Notes under the pieces: generated by a model
Databases searched by the model: none
What the model saw: the letters and a program-made list of their open reading frames with translations, nothing else
What the model was told of the DNA's origin: nothing
Source of the DNA: a bacterium
GTDB lineage: Bacteria > Patescibacteriota > Microgenomatia > UBA8517
DNA: 64,000 nucleotides
Assembly (NCBI GenBank): GCA_030583725.1
Contig: CP129472.1
Location: 529,902 to 593,901, forward strand
Reading direction: 5' to 3'
Made by a program: the position numbers and the translations under genes
In this document: positions 37,372-45,833 of the stretch, one piece after another
Position numbering within the stretch: position 1 is the stretch's first letter
Layout: each line of letters opens with the position of its first letter

Positions 37372-37749
37372 TTATTTGATTTGAATCCTATCTAATAAGT
37401 TAGGTATTTGTAATATTCCTTCAATGTTAAATATTTGACCCATTAAATTTATTATAAAAATACCAAAAATTGTAATTAGTAAACCAATTAGCCCATTTGT
37501 GATCCTCTTTCTAGCAGCTTCAGTTGCCTTCTGGTCAGAACCAGCTCCCATATATGAAATACCGCTAGTAATGATTATTATCACAAACCAAACAATGGCG
37601 ATTATACTGACAAGCCCAATTGCGGTCGAAATAAAATTTTGAAATATTACAGCTGAAGTTGAGCTTGTTATTCCACCCTCTAAACCCAATGATCCAAAAC
37701 CTTCATATCCGTCATTTTCAAATAGTTCGATTTGAGTTAATTTGTTCAT
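37372..37749 (-). CDS. VirB2/TrbC-like pilin-like protein, paralog 4
   Basis: 125 aa. 'GAGSDQKATEAARKRITNGLIGL' between two TM helices. Confidence 0.45.
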   Translation of the reverse strand: MNKLTQIELFENDGYEGFGSLGLEGGITSSTSAVIFQNFISTAIGLVSIIAIVWFVIIIITSGISYMGAGSDQKATEAARKRITNGLIGLLITIFGIFIINLMGQIFNIEGILQIPNLLDRIQIK

Positions 37750-38084
37750 GGTGTAGGTATGGTTGGTTTAAGTATGAAATCCCAACTTCCAAAAAGTAGC
37801 TGTCCAAAGATTGCAGCTAGTACAAAAGCACCAGCTGAAAAAGCAAGACCAATAATAGTTTGATAGATTTGTGCCCAAGCTGCTGCGACTTTTTTGCTGT
37901 CATCACCCGCACCCATAAAAGAGTAACCAGCTAAAACCAAGTTAAATAAAGCATAAATTCCAGCTCCAACGACCAATGCACGTAGGCCAAACTGTATAAG
38001 TTTACCAAACGCAGGACCAGGTTCTAAACCATACTGTTGCAAACCTTCAGGTACTGTTACTGTGCCAAATGGGTTATTATCCAT
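37746..38084 (-). CDS. VirB2/TrbC-like pilin-like protein, paralog 3
   Basis: 112 aa. 'GAGDDSKKVAAAWAQIYQTIIGL' between two TM helices. Overlaps its neighbour by 4 nt. Confidence 0.4.
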   Translation of the reverse strand: MDNNPFGTVTVPEGLQQYGLEPGPAFGKLIQFGLRALVVGAGIYALFNLVLAGYSFMGAGDDSKKVAAAWAQIYQTIIGLAFSAGAFVLAAIFGQLLFGSWDFILKPTIPTP

Positions 38085-38093
38085 ACTTTTATT

Positions 38094-38429
38094 CTAATTT
38101 ATACCTCCAATTAAATCCAGTCCAGTTATTGATTCAATTAATTTAACTATCCAATAAGCACTAAATACAACCACAAAACCAATTAAGGCAGAAGTTGCAG
38201 CAAGTTTACCCTTCTGTACTGTTTGAGGATCATTTTTACCAGCTCCAGCTATCATTGCAATTCCACCACCGACCAACAAAAAAAGTAAAATTATTCCTGC
38301 AACTGAAATTGCACCAGCAAAAAAATTACTAACAAAAACACCAACACCTTCAGTATTTTTTAAATTTTGTCCAGAACCTCCTAAAAATGTATCTCCTATT
38401 TCAACTGCTAGTTTATTCATATTATCCAA
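38094..38429 (-). CDS. VirB2/TrbC-like pilin-like protein, paralog 2
   Basis: 111 aa. 'GAGKNDPQTVQKGKLAATSALIGF' between two TM helices. Confidence 0.45.
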   Translation of the reverse strand: MDNMNKLAVEIGDTFLGGSGQNLKNTEGVGVFVSNFFAGAISVAGIILLFLLVGGGIAMIAGAGKNDPQTVQKGKLAATSALIGFVVVFSAYWIVKLIESITGLDLIGGIN

Positions 38430-38736
38430 ATAAAGTTAAATCTATCCCAAGAAATTGCATTACTAGTTTTACAATCCAAAAAGATGTAAACAAAATGAGT
38501 ATCCCAATTGCAGATGTGGTTAACTTTGCTTGGGCTACCTGCATTACTTTTGGATCTCCCTGTGATGTCATCATTTTAAAACCACTAGTGACAATATTAA
38601 AAAGTAAAATTATGCCAGCTACACCAAAGATGTATGGGAGTGCCAATTCAATAAATCCGGCGGGCTCCAGTAACACGTTCCAAGCGGGTAAACCGGCGTT
38701 GTTTTGAATCGATGTAAAGGTTGATGTTTCAAACAT
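38422..38736 (-). CDS. VirB2/TrbC-like pilin-like protein, paralog 1
   Basis: 104 aa. 'SQGDPKVMQVAQAKLTTSAIGI' between two TM helices. Overlaps its neighbour by 8 nt. Confidence 0.45.
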   Translation of the reverse strand: MFETSTFTSIQNNAGLPAWNVLLEPAGFIELALPYIFGVAGIILLFNIVTSGFKMMTSQGDPKVMQVAQAKLTTSAIGILILFTSFWIVKLVMQFLGIDLTLFG

Positions 38737-38755
38737 TTTTATAATTTTATTTCAT

Positions 38756-39400
38756 TCATAAACTATCTAATCCTAGTATATCAATTCCTATGAACTTTAA
38801 TATAAATACACTAAAAATTAACATAATTAATCCTGAAATTGCAGAAGTTAAAAGTTCTTGACCTGCTTTTAATCTATCTGGTACTCCTTGGCTAGTCATA
38901 ATCATAAAACTGGCATAGACAATTAACAAAAATGCAATTCCACCACCAATACCAACAGCCCAACCCAATATCCAACCCATAAATGAATTTGTGTCACCAA
39001 CAGGAATACAACCTATGGCTGTGTTTATTGATTCTGCATCACATCCAGCCATCGGGTCAGAAACATTACCACCACCCATAGGGGTTAACTCTCCGTCTCT
39101 ACACCTTACACATTCAATAGCTTGTTGTGAGCCTCTACACACGTAAGAACAGTCATCGGTTGGAACTATCCCACCAGGAACCATTGTTTGCTGTACCGTA
39201 TCAGATGGGCACCCTTGACTTACTGGGTAACAAAGTTTTCCTGATGAAGAATTGCATCCAATTGTTCCCCTAGGACATTGTCCACCTGTCCCTGGTTGGA
39301 CCTGTGCAAATGTAGGTTTAATTGATGTGCTAGTTAAACTCAAAAGAATGAACAAACTCAATATTATTTTTTTCATAATTATCAACTTTGAGTTTAACAT
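38756..39400 (-). CDS. secreted Cys-rich protein with C-terminal pilin-like module (first gene of the pilin array)
   Basis: 214 aa. Signal peptide, 12 Cys in about 100 aa. The C-terminus 'TSQGVPDRLKAGQELLTSAISGL' plus flanking helices matches the paralog family. Probable true start is the internal Met at 39376 (MKKIILSLF...). Confidence 0.45.
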   Translation of the reverse strand: MLNSKLIIMKKIILSLFILLSLTSTSIKPTFAQVQPGTGGQCPRGTIGCNSSSGKLCYPVSQGCPSDTVQQTMVPGGIVPTDDCSYVCRGSQQAIECVRCRDGELTPMGGGNVSDPMAGCDAESINTAIGCIPVGDTNSFMGWILGWAVGIGGGIAFLLIVYASFMIMTSQGVPDRLKAGQELLTSAISGLIMLIFSVFILKFIGIDILGLDSL

Positions 39401-39438
39401 ACCGACAAAGTGTTTTCAGCTGGTATAATAAAATAATC

Positions 39439-41187
39439 ATGAATTTCAAATTTTTAAAGTACAGTTTATTGTTAATATTTATTCTTTTTTCATTGTTTGT
39501 TATCTACAACTTACCATCTACAACAAAAGCTGTAAGTGAATCAGACTGTCTAAACAAAAGTGTTTCTGAATTGTCTCAGTCTGAGATGGACGAATGTATA
39601 AATGTGATACTACCTAGAATTGCAGCTGCCTACGCACCCGCACAAGAGCAAAATAAAGCCAACCTTGCAGGCTTAAAAAAACAAATTGACAGTCTAAACG
39701 TTAGGATTAACTCAATTTCTAAGGAGTTGGTTGTCAAAGAAAGTAACATTCAAGAAAGAGAAAAAGATTCATCCTATGCCCAAAAAATTTTAAACCAAAA
39801 AGCAGTCAATCAGTACATTACATCAAGATTATATGACCCAATAACCGCCTTAATATCATCAGTTAATGTAATCGATGTTTTTAAAACAATAAAGATAACA
39901 GAAATGGTTGCTGAAGAAGACAGAAAAACTATAGAAAAATATTCAGAAGAAATTAATAATTTAAAAAATGATAAGGAGTCATTAGAAAAAAATAAAATAT
40001 CACTAGCAAGTTTACAAAAGAAAGTAAGTGGAGACGCCAAGTTTTTAGAGGCAGAAGTTGGAAAGGTTGATACCTTTTTGTCTGCCCTAAGTGCTAAACA
40101 ACAAGAAATTATAAATTTACGTTCCGGTAATTTTATAGCTAGTATTGGGGATGGTACCCTTGCCTCTACAGGTGTGTCTTCGAGATCTCATTTTCTTTCT
40201 TCTGCCCCCAGCGGTTACTATGCGGTATTTTCTTTTGGCGCATATACACATAGGAATGGAATGAGCCAGTATGGAGCACTGGGTAGGGTGAAAAATGGAA
40301 AATCGGCAGAAGACGTTTTACGTTATTACTATCCGGGTGTAAATCTTACACAAGTAAACACTAATGTAACAATTATTGTTAATGGTAAAAATACATATGG
40401 TCAGGTTTTCAATAATGAGCCTTATCAATTAGAAGAATATTTAAAACATATATATGAAATGCCCGGTTCCTGGCCAAAAGAGGTTTTGAAAGCTCAAGCG
40501 ATTGCAGCTAGAAGTTTCGCGTATGGAAAATCTACCATTTGTCCAGGCCAGTCTTGTCAGGAGTTTAAGCGTGAAGAAAATACTGACAATTGGAAAAACG
40601 CAGTCAAGGAGACTGAAGGAATAATAATGACGGGGGGGTCCGGTAGTTATCAATATTCTTCAACAACCGGAGGGTGGATGAATACGACTGGGTGGGATAC
40701 AACAGATGGACAAGGTGGAACTAATTTTCTTGAGAAAACATACGAAACGCTTGGGGGGTCACCTTGGACATATTTAGCGTGGTATGTTGATATATTTGGA
40801 GAGTATGGGTCGAAAGGGGGTACTTGTGGAAAAAGCAATCCATGGTTAAGTCCTGAAGAAATGGCCGATATAGTTAATGCTCATCTGGTTTTGACTAAAG
40901 GAACAGGAGAAGAACAATCTAGAATTTCGCCAGTAACAACGGGTTGCTGGCCTGGTAACCCATACAGTATTTCAGAACTAAGAAGTGTTGCAAGTAAGTA
41001 TGGTGGTATCGAAACCGCCACTACTTCACCATCTGTATTGCTAGGTAATGGAACGACTAATAGTGTTACTATAAACAGTATTCAGATGAGCGGGGCAGAA
41101 TTCAAACGTGCATTTGCTTTAAGAGCGCCCGGATTTATACGTATTCCTCAAAAAGGATTTGCATTTTTCAATATTGAAAAGAAGTAA
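39439..41187 (+). CDS. SpoIID/LytB-domain protein with N-terminal signal/TM and long coiled coil
   Basis: C-terminal 'YQLEEYLKHIYEMPGSWPKEVLKAQAIAARSFAYGK' is the SpoIID/LytB signature. Residues 60-230 are heptad-rich. The track ORF starts at 39388. 39439 (MNFKFLKYSLLLIF...) is preferred because 39388 would overlap the divergent gene. Confidence 0.55.
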   Translation: MNFKFLKYSLLLIFILFSLFVIYNLPSTTKAVSESDCLNKSVSELSQSEMDECINVILPRIAAAYAPAQEQNKANLAGLKKQIDSLNVRINSISKELVVKESNIQEREKDSSYAQKILNQKAVNQYITSRLYDPITALISSVNVIDVFKTIKITEMVAEEDRKTIEKYSEEINNLKNDKESLEKNKISLASLQKKVSGDAKFLEAEVGKVDTFLSALSAKQQEIINLRSGNFIASIGDGTLASTGVSSRSHFLSSAPSGYYAVFSFGAYTHRNGMSQYGALGRVKNGKSAEDVLRYYYPGVNLTQVNTNVTIIVNGKNTYGQVFNNEPYQLEEYLKHIYEMPGSWPKEVLKAQAIAARSFAYGKSTICPGQSCQEFKREENTDNWKNAVKETEGIIMTGGSGSYQYSSTTGGWMNTTGWDTTDGQGGTNFLEKTYETLGGSPWTYLAWYVDIFGEYGSKGGTCGKSNPWLSPEEMADIVNAHLVLTKGTGEEQSRISPVTTGCWPGNPYSISELRSVASKYGGIETATTSPSVLLGNGTTNSVTINSIQMSGAEFKRAFALRAPGFIRIPQKGFAFFNIEKK

Positions 41188-41207
41188 TCTGGTATAATCT
41201 AAAATAT

Positions 41208-41852
41208 ATGCCTGAAGTATTTTCTGCACACAAACCAAAAACAGTGAATTATCCAAAACAAAATAGCTTATATAAAAATAAACCTAGTCATCACGCAAAT
41301 CCATTATCTTCATTTGCAGAAATGCCTTCAAGAATTCATTTTGAAACACAAGATAATGAAGAGAAAATAGTTTTACTTTTAAGAAAGCATATTATAACTA
41401 ACTTGGGCTGGATAGTTACAAGTATTATATTATTTTTAACACCATTTTTTGTTTCAGGCTTACCGTTGTTTGATAATATTCCAGATAACTTTATGTTTAT
41501 CTTTATTTTAATTTGGTATTTAATCTCGATTGCGTACACCTTGGAAAGCTTTTTAACTTGGTTTTTTAATGTTTATATCGTGACAGATGAAAGAGTAATT
41601 GATATTGATTTTTATAATTTAATTTATAAAGAAGTAAGTGACGCCAATATAGACAAGATTCAGGACGTAACTTATAAAATGGGTGGTGCTATCAGAACAG
41701 TTTTTAACTATGGTGATGTTTTAATTCAAACAGCTTCAGAAGTTCCAAATTTTGAGTTTGAAGCAGTGCCTAAGCCTGACAAGGTTGCAAAAATTCTACA
41801 AGACTTAAGAATTGAGGAACAACAAGAGGCAATAGAGGGGAGAGTTAGATGA
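41208..41852 (+). CDS. membrane protein with bacterial PH (bPH_2 / YdbS-YdbT-like) domain
   Basis: 214 aa. Two TM, then 'NVYIVTDERVIDIDF...' PH-like beta region. Confidence 0.4.
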   Translation: MPEVFSAHKPKTVNYPKQNSLYKNKPSHHANPLSSFAEMPSRIHFETQDNEEKIVLLLRKHIITNLGWIVTSIILFLTPFFVSGLPLFDNIPDNFMFIFILIWYLISIAYTLESFLTWFFNVYIVTDERVIDIDFYNLIYKEVSDANIDKIQDVTYKMGGAIRTVFNYGDVLIQTASEVPNFEFEAVPKPDKVAKILQDLRIEEQQEAIEGRVR

Positions 41853-42061
41853 TTTTTGACATTACTGTCTGGGCAATTTTGAAAATATTTATACTAGTCT
41901 TTTTAGGGTTATATATTATTTTTTCTTTAGTGGTTGTTAGGCAGGTCCAATTGATGGTTTCTACCGTTAAAGTTGGTTTTGAAAATCAACTTAAACTCTT
42001 GGCTTTTGTCCATCTTCTTTTTGCCATAGCAGTATTATTCTTCGCCTTAATAACCTTGTAG
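41849..42061 (+). CDS. hypothetical small membrane protein
   Basis: 70 aa. Two TM. 4-nt overlap with the upstream gene. Confidence 0.3.
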   Translation: MIFDITVWAILKIFILVFLGLYIIFSLVVVRQVQLMVSTVKVGFENQLKLLAFVHLLFAIAVLFFALITL

Positions 42062-42065
42062 TGAA

Positions 42066-43463
42066 ATGCCATTAAAATTAACATCGAATTTGGGTCGGCC
42101 CAACCTAGAGGGAGTAGGATATGTAAGTTTGGATCAGAATTCTTCAAAAATAACAATAGTCTGTGAACCCGGATGCACCGCTTTTTTAGATAGAGGTGGA
42201 AATGAAGTAAAACTTGCAGAAGGTAAAGACAAAACAGTTAAAGTTTCAGGAATTGCAAAAATTGGTGATATCTACTCAATTACCAGAGGATTGGAAAAGT
42301 TGATTGTAAAGGTTGAACAACAGATTGAAACAGTTGAAGAAGATATTTATATAAACACTCACCAAGTTAACGATTCAACAGACCAGAAAAGAAAAACAGT
42401 TATAAGTGTTGGGATTATTGTTTTGATTTTATTAATCGTAAGTGTTGTATTTGGGATAAATCAAAAAAAGATAAATGAATTTAATAAAAAAAGTACAGTT
42501 CTTTTAAACCAAGCTTTAAGCGATTATGACTTGGCTGTTTCGGGATCGGTTGATGTTGAAGATGCTAGAAAAAGTTTTGTTAACTCAAAAACAATTGCAT
42601 TGGAGTTGAAATCAAGTGGTTTTAAAAACAACACACTTGATGAGCTAATAGAAAAAATCAATTCAATTGAGGCAAATATTTTAGGTGAGATTCAAGCTGA
42701 AATAAAAGAATTTCTAGACCTAACCCTACAAACATCAGGCTTTATGGGTTACGAAGTTGTTTCTTCTGGTGAGGAAATGTTTATTCTAGACAAGGACACC
42801 AAAAACATAATTAGGGTAGAAATTAAAAACAAAAACGCACGTTTAGTTGTCAACTCAAGCGAAGGTGAAGGTATAGAAAAAATTGGTTCATATGAAAATA
42901 GACTTTTCTTGGAAAAAAATGATGGCATATATGAACTTAAATCAAGTGGAATGGAGAAACAGGTAGAAAAAGACTGGGAAAATAGTATTTTTTACTTGTA
43001 TGCAGGTAATATCTACACATTGGGTATTAATGACAATCAAATATATAGATATTCTGGTAGCCAAGGAGGGTTTTCCTCAAAATCAAGTTGGCTGGCACCT
43101 GGAATAGAGATGGATTTATCAAAAGTTACAGACGTTGCCATAGACGGATCTATTTGGGCAATATCATCATCAGGAAAAGTTACAAAATTTACACTAGGTA
43201 ACCCCCAATCAATTAGTTTAAAAGGAATATCTGAGCAATTAATTAATCCAACTGCAATTTATACTAATGAAAACTTAAAATATGTATATATCTTAGAAAA
43301 AGATAGGGGAAGAGTAGTAGTTTTGGAAAAAAATGGAAACTTCAAAATGCAATACATAAACGATGAAATTAAAAACACAACTGATTTGGTAGTATCTGAG
43401 AAGGAAAACAAAATCATACTTCTGACAGGCCCTAAACTTTTATTCATAGAACCAAACAACTAA
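42066..43463 (+). CDS. hypothetical single-pass membrane protein with large extracytoplasmic domain
   Basis: 465 aa. TM at about residues 110-130. No recognisable catalytic motif. Confidence 0.4.
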   Translation: MPLKLTSNLGRPNLEGVGYVSLDQNSSKITIVCEPGCTAFLDRGGNEVKLAEGKDKTVKVSGIAKIGDIYSITRGLEKLIVKVEQQIETVEEDIYINTHQVNDSTDQKRKTVISVGIIVLILLIVSVVFGINQKKINEFNKKSTVLLNQALSDYDLAVSGSVDVEDARKSFVNSKTIALELKSSGFKNNTLDELIEKINSIEANILGEIQAEIKEFLDLTLQTSGFMGYEVVSSGEEMFILDKDTKNIIRVEIKNKNARLVVNSSEGEGIEKIGSYENRLFLEKNDGIYELKSSGMEKQVEKDWENSIFYLYAGNIYTLGINDNQIYRYSGSQGGFSSKSSWLAPGIEMDLSKVTDVAIDGSIWAISSSGKVTKFTLGNPQSISLKGISEQLINPTAIYTNENLKYVYILEKDRGRVVVLEKNGNFKMQYINDEIKNTTDLVVSEKENKIILLTGPKLLFIEPNN

Positions 43464-43470
43464 CACTTAG

Positions 43471-43844
43471 TGGAGATGGAGGGAATCGAACCCTCATCCG
43501 AAAAACTTTATAACAAAACTTCTACAAGCTTATTTAGTTAATGAAATTTCCTTTTAACTTATCCAACTAACAGGAGATTAAAAGTAAGATTTAATTATCT
43601 TTTGTAAAATTCCTTTAAATCAAAAGGAAAATTACAGCATCTCGAATTGGTTTACACCCAGTCGGTCCGATCGAGAATCAGACTTCAGGACGCCAGTTAA
43701 GCGTATAACATTTGATAGTTATAAGCGAAGCTAGGAGCGATGTTTTTAGGCATTGCTTTTAGTTTTTGATATCTTTTGACAAGTGTTTATCAAACTTGGC
43801 TTGCTGTTTTGTAAAAGAGCTATCCGTCGAAACCGGTCATCCCC
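43471..43844 (-). ncRNA. ssrA: tmRNA (ssrA)
   Basis: Minus-strand 5' end is GGGGAUGACCGGUUUCGACGG. The 3' end is a tRNA-like T-arm and acceptor GGUUCGAUUCCCUCCAUCUCCA that pairs with the 5' end. Internal tag-like reading frame ...APSFAYNYQMLYA-TAA. Lies 9 nt downstream of smpB. Confidence 0.7.
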
Positions 43845-43853
43845 ATTTAATAA

Positions 43854-44288
43854 CTAATCTTTACCTCTTAGTTCGCGTTCAATATCACGCTGAACATCTT
43901 TTTTCTTTATAGAATCCTTTTTATCAAACTTTCTTTTTGACTTTCCAAGTACAAGTTCTACTTTGACTCTACGTCGTTTATTATACATCATCGTAGGCAC
44001 AATTTGCAACTTTGCTTGCTTTGTTTTTGTAACAAGTGCTAGTATTTCATTTTTATGTAACAACAACTTCCTAATCCTTGTAGGTTCATATTTTTGCAGA
44101 CCATCAACGGGGATATTTGCATTAATCAAAAAAATTTCACCTTCAATAATTCTAACGTGTGACTGTGACAAATTTACCCTACCATCTCTAAACGATTTAG
44201 CCTCAGCTCCTTTTAAGACAATACCGGCCTCAACCCTCTCTGGAGTTAGTTCATACTCAAACCTAGCTCTCTTGTTAAATGATTTCAT
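43854..44288 (-). CDS. smpB: SsrA-binding protein SmpB
   Basis: 144 aa. 'ARFEYELTPERVEAGIVLKGAEAKS' and 'KLLLHKNEI' SmpB motifs. Basic C-tail. Confidence 0.8.
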   Translation of the reverse strand: MKSFNKRARFEYELTPERVEAGIVLKGAEAKSFRDGRVNLSQSHVRIIEGEIFLINANIPVDGLQKYEPTRIRKLLLHKNEILALVTKTKQAKLQIVPTMMYNKRRRVKVELVLGKSKRKFDKKDSIKKKDVQRDIERELRGKD

Positions 44289-44309
44289 AATCTATATCGT
44301 TGATTATAT

Positions 44310-44912
44310 ATGATTTATGATTTTCTTTTTCCTAAAAAGTGTTTAATGTGTAATTTTAAAGGAAAATATATATGTGAATCCTGTTTTAATAAGGTTCCAA
44401 AGGGTGGCTTAAGAAATGGTAATTATTCTATATTTACATATACAGGCATAGTTAGAAAAGCAATAATTTCTTTAAAGTATAAATTTGCGTTTGACATAGC
44501 AGATGAACTAACAGAGATTAGTCTTAAAAACTTAAAAACTTTTGAACAACCCAAAAACATTGTTTTACTCCCGATTCCATTACATTTCAGGAGAGAGAAT
44601 TGGAGAGGCTTTAACCAGTCAGAAATAATTGGAGAGAAGCTGGCAAAGGCAACTGGTTGGAAGTATGTTTCTGACTTACTTGTTAGGAACAAAAATACAC
44701 AGCCCCAAGTGGGATTAAAGGGTCTTGCTCGTCACCAAAATCTTGAAGATGTTTTTATTCTTAATAAAAATTATGAAATATCAAAGATAATTAATAAAAA
44801 AATTATTATTTTTGATGATGTTTACACAACAGGTTCTACCATAAAGGAGGCCAAAAAAGTGCTTATAAATGCAGGTTTTAAAAAGGTTTTCAGTTTAACG
44901 GTTGCGAGATAA
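44310..44912 (+). CDS. comF: ComF family protein (phosphoribosyltransferase-type competence protein)
   Basis: 200 aa. N-terminal 4-Cys zinc finger (C-x2-C ... C-x2-C). C-terminal PRTase motif 'IIIFDDVYTTGSTI'. Confidence 0.6.
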   Translation: MIYDFLFPKKCLMCNFKGKYICESCFNKVPKGGLRNGNYSIFTYTGIVRKAIISLKYKFAFDIADELTEISLKNLKTFEQPKNIVLLPIPLHFRRENWRGFNQSEIIGEKLAKATGWKYVSDLLVRNKNTQPQVGLKGLARHQNLEDVFILNKNYEISKIINKKIIIFDDVYTTGSTIKEAKKVLINAGFKKVFSLTVAR

Positions 44913-45416
44913 CAGTTGGAGTAAAAAGATTAAAAGAAAAGCAGTAAAAGACATTAAAGGTATTGTTATGTAGCCAAAAGTCATTACAAAAACTTTTGCA
45001 CAGCCCACTGAATAGCCAACCGCAACACAGGAAGATGGTAGCAATCCAAGCTGAGTTAGGTAGTGAAATCCTGCAAGTAAAACACCCATACCAGAGAGGG
45101 GAAGAACATATTTTGAAACATCTTTGTACCTATTTTTTAAGGAAACAAAAAGTATCACAACTAGTGGATACATTAGAATTCTTTGATACCAACAATACTT
45201 ACAAGGTTCAAAACCTGCAATCTCAGAATAATATAGACTCCCAAGCATTGATACTAAAGCAATTATAAAAGTATAAATATCTGCAAACTTAACTATTTTT
45301 TTAAAAAAGTTAGATTTCTTTTTTCTGTTTAGATACATCAAAACTAAAAGAATAATAATTTGAACTTGAGCAATAATAGTTAGAACTGATAAAAATTCTG
45401 TCATTGTAATGAGCAT
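44895..45416 (-). CDS. DsbB/BdbC-family disulfide bond formation membrane protein
   Basis: 173 aa. 4 TM. 'EPCKYCWYQRI' C-x2-C-x2-QR motif in the first periplasmic loop. Confidence 0.55.
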   Translation of the reverse strand: MLITMTEFLSVLTIIAQVQIIILLVLMYLNRKKKSNFFKKIVKFADIYTFIIALVSMLGSLYYSEIAGFEPCKYCWYQRILMYPLVVILFVSLKNRYKDVSKYVLPLSGMGVLLAGFHYLTQLGLLPSSCVAVGYSVGCAKVFVMTFGYITIPLMSFTAFLLIFLLQLLSRNR

Positions 45417-45781
45417 TCTGTTTTCTCGGCCAGTTTTTCAAGTGGTATCACTCCATTTTCTCGGCTTCCGTCTGCAAAAATCCAAGTTGGATAACTTTCG
45501 ATTCCCTTTTCAGTGCATTGGGATAACTGACTATTACCATCTGGAGTAGAGCATTCAATATAATTTAAAAAATCTACAGATTTACCAAACATATTTTTTT
45601 GATTTCTACAGTGTGAGCACCAAAAAGCACCATAGAACTCGGCACCTTTTTCATTTAAACACTTTGCAAAATCATCATATTTACCAGGAGTGTTACCTGA
45701 TTTAACTAAAAGAACAGATGCACCAATTATTAAAATTGCTGAAGATATTATTATAATAATGACATTTTTACTAAAAGGCAT
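45401..45781 (-). CDS. membrane-anchored thioredoxin-like protein (C-x-x-C; BdbD / VKOR-partner-like)
   Basis: 126 aa. N-terminal TM. 'FYGAFWCSHCRNQK' thioredoxin-fold active site. 'YPTWIFADG' resembles the Trx-like domains that partner DsbB/VKOR proteins. Confidence 0.5.
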   Translation of the reverse strand: MPFSKNVIIIIISSAILIIGASVLLVKSGNTPGKYDDFAKCLNEKGAEFYGAFWCSHCRNQKNMFGKSVDFLNYIECSTPDGNSQLSQCTEKGIESYPTWIFADGSRENGVIPLEKLAEKTECSLQ

Positions 45782-45833
45782 GAATTATTGTAACATATTT
45801 ACACTTTTAGAACTTAGATTTTAATAACGTTCG

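Noticed and set aside
37012-37395. 127-aa plus-strand ORF, and a 106-aa one at 38387-38707
   Set aside because: Antisense to the conserved pilin-like paralogs. No independent support.
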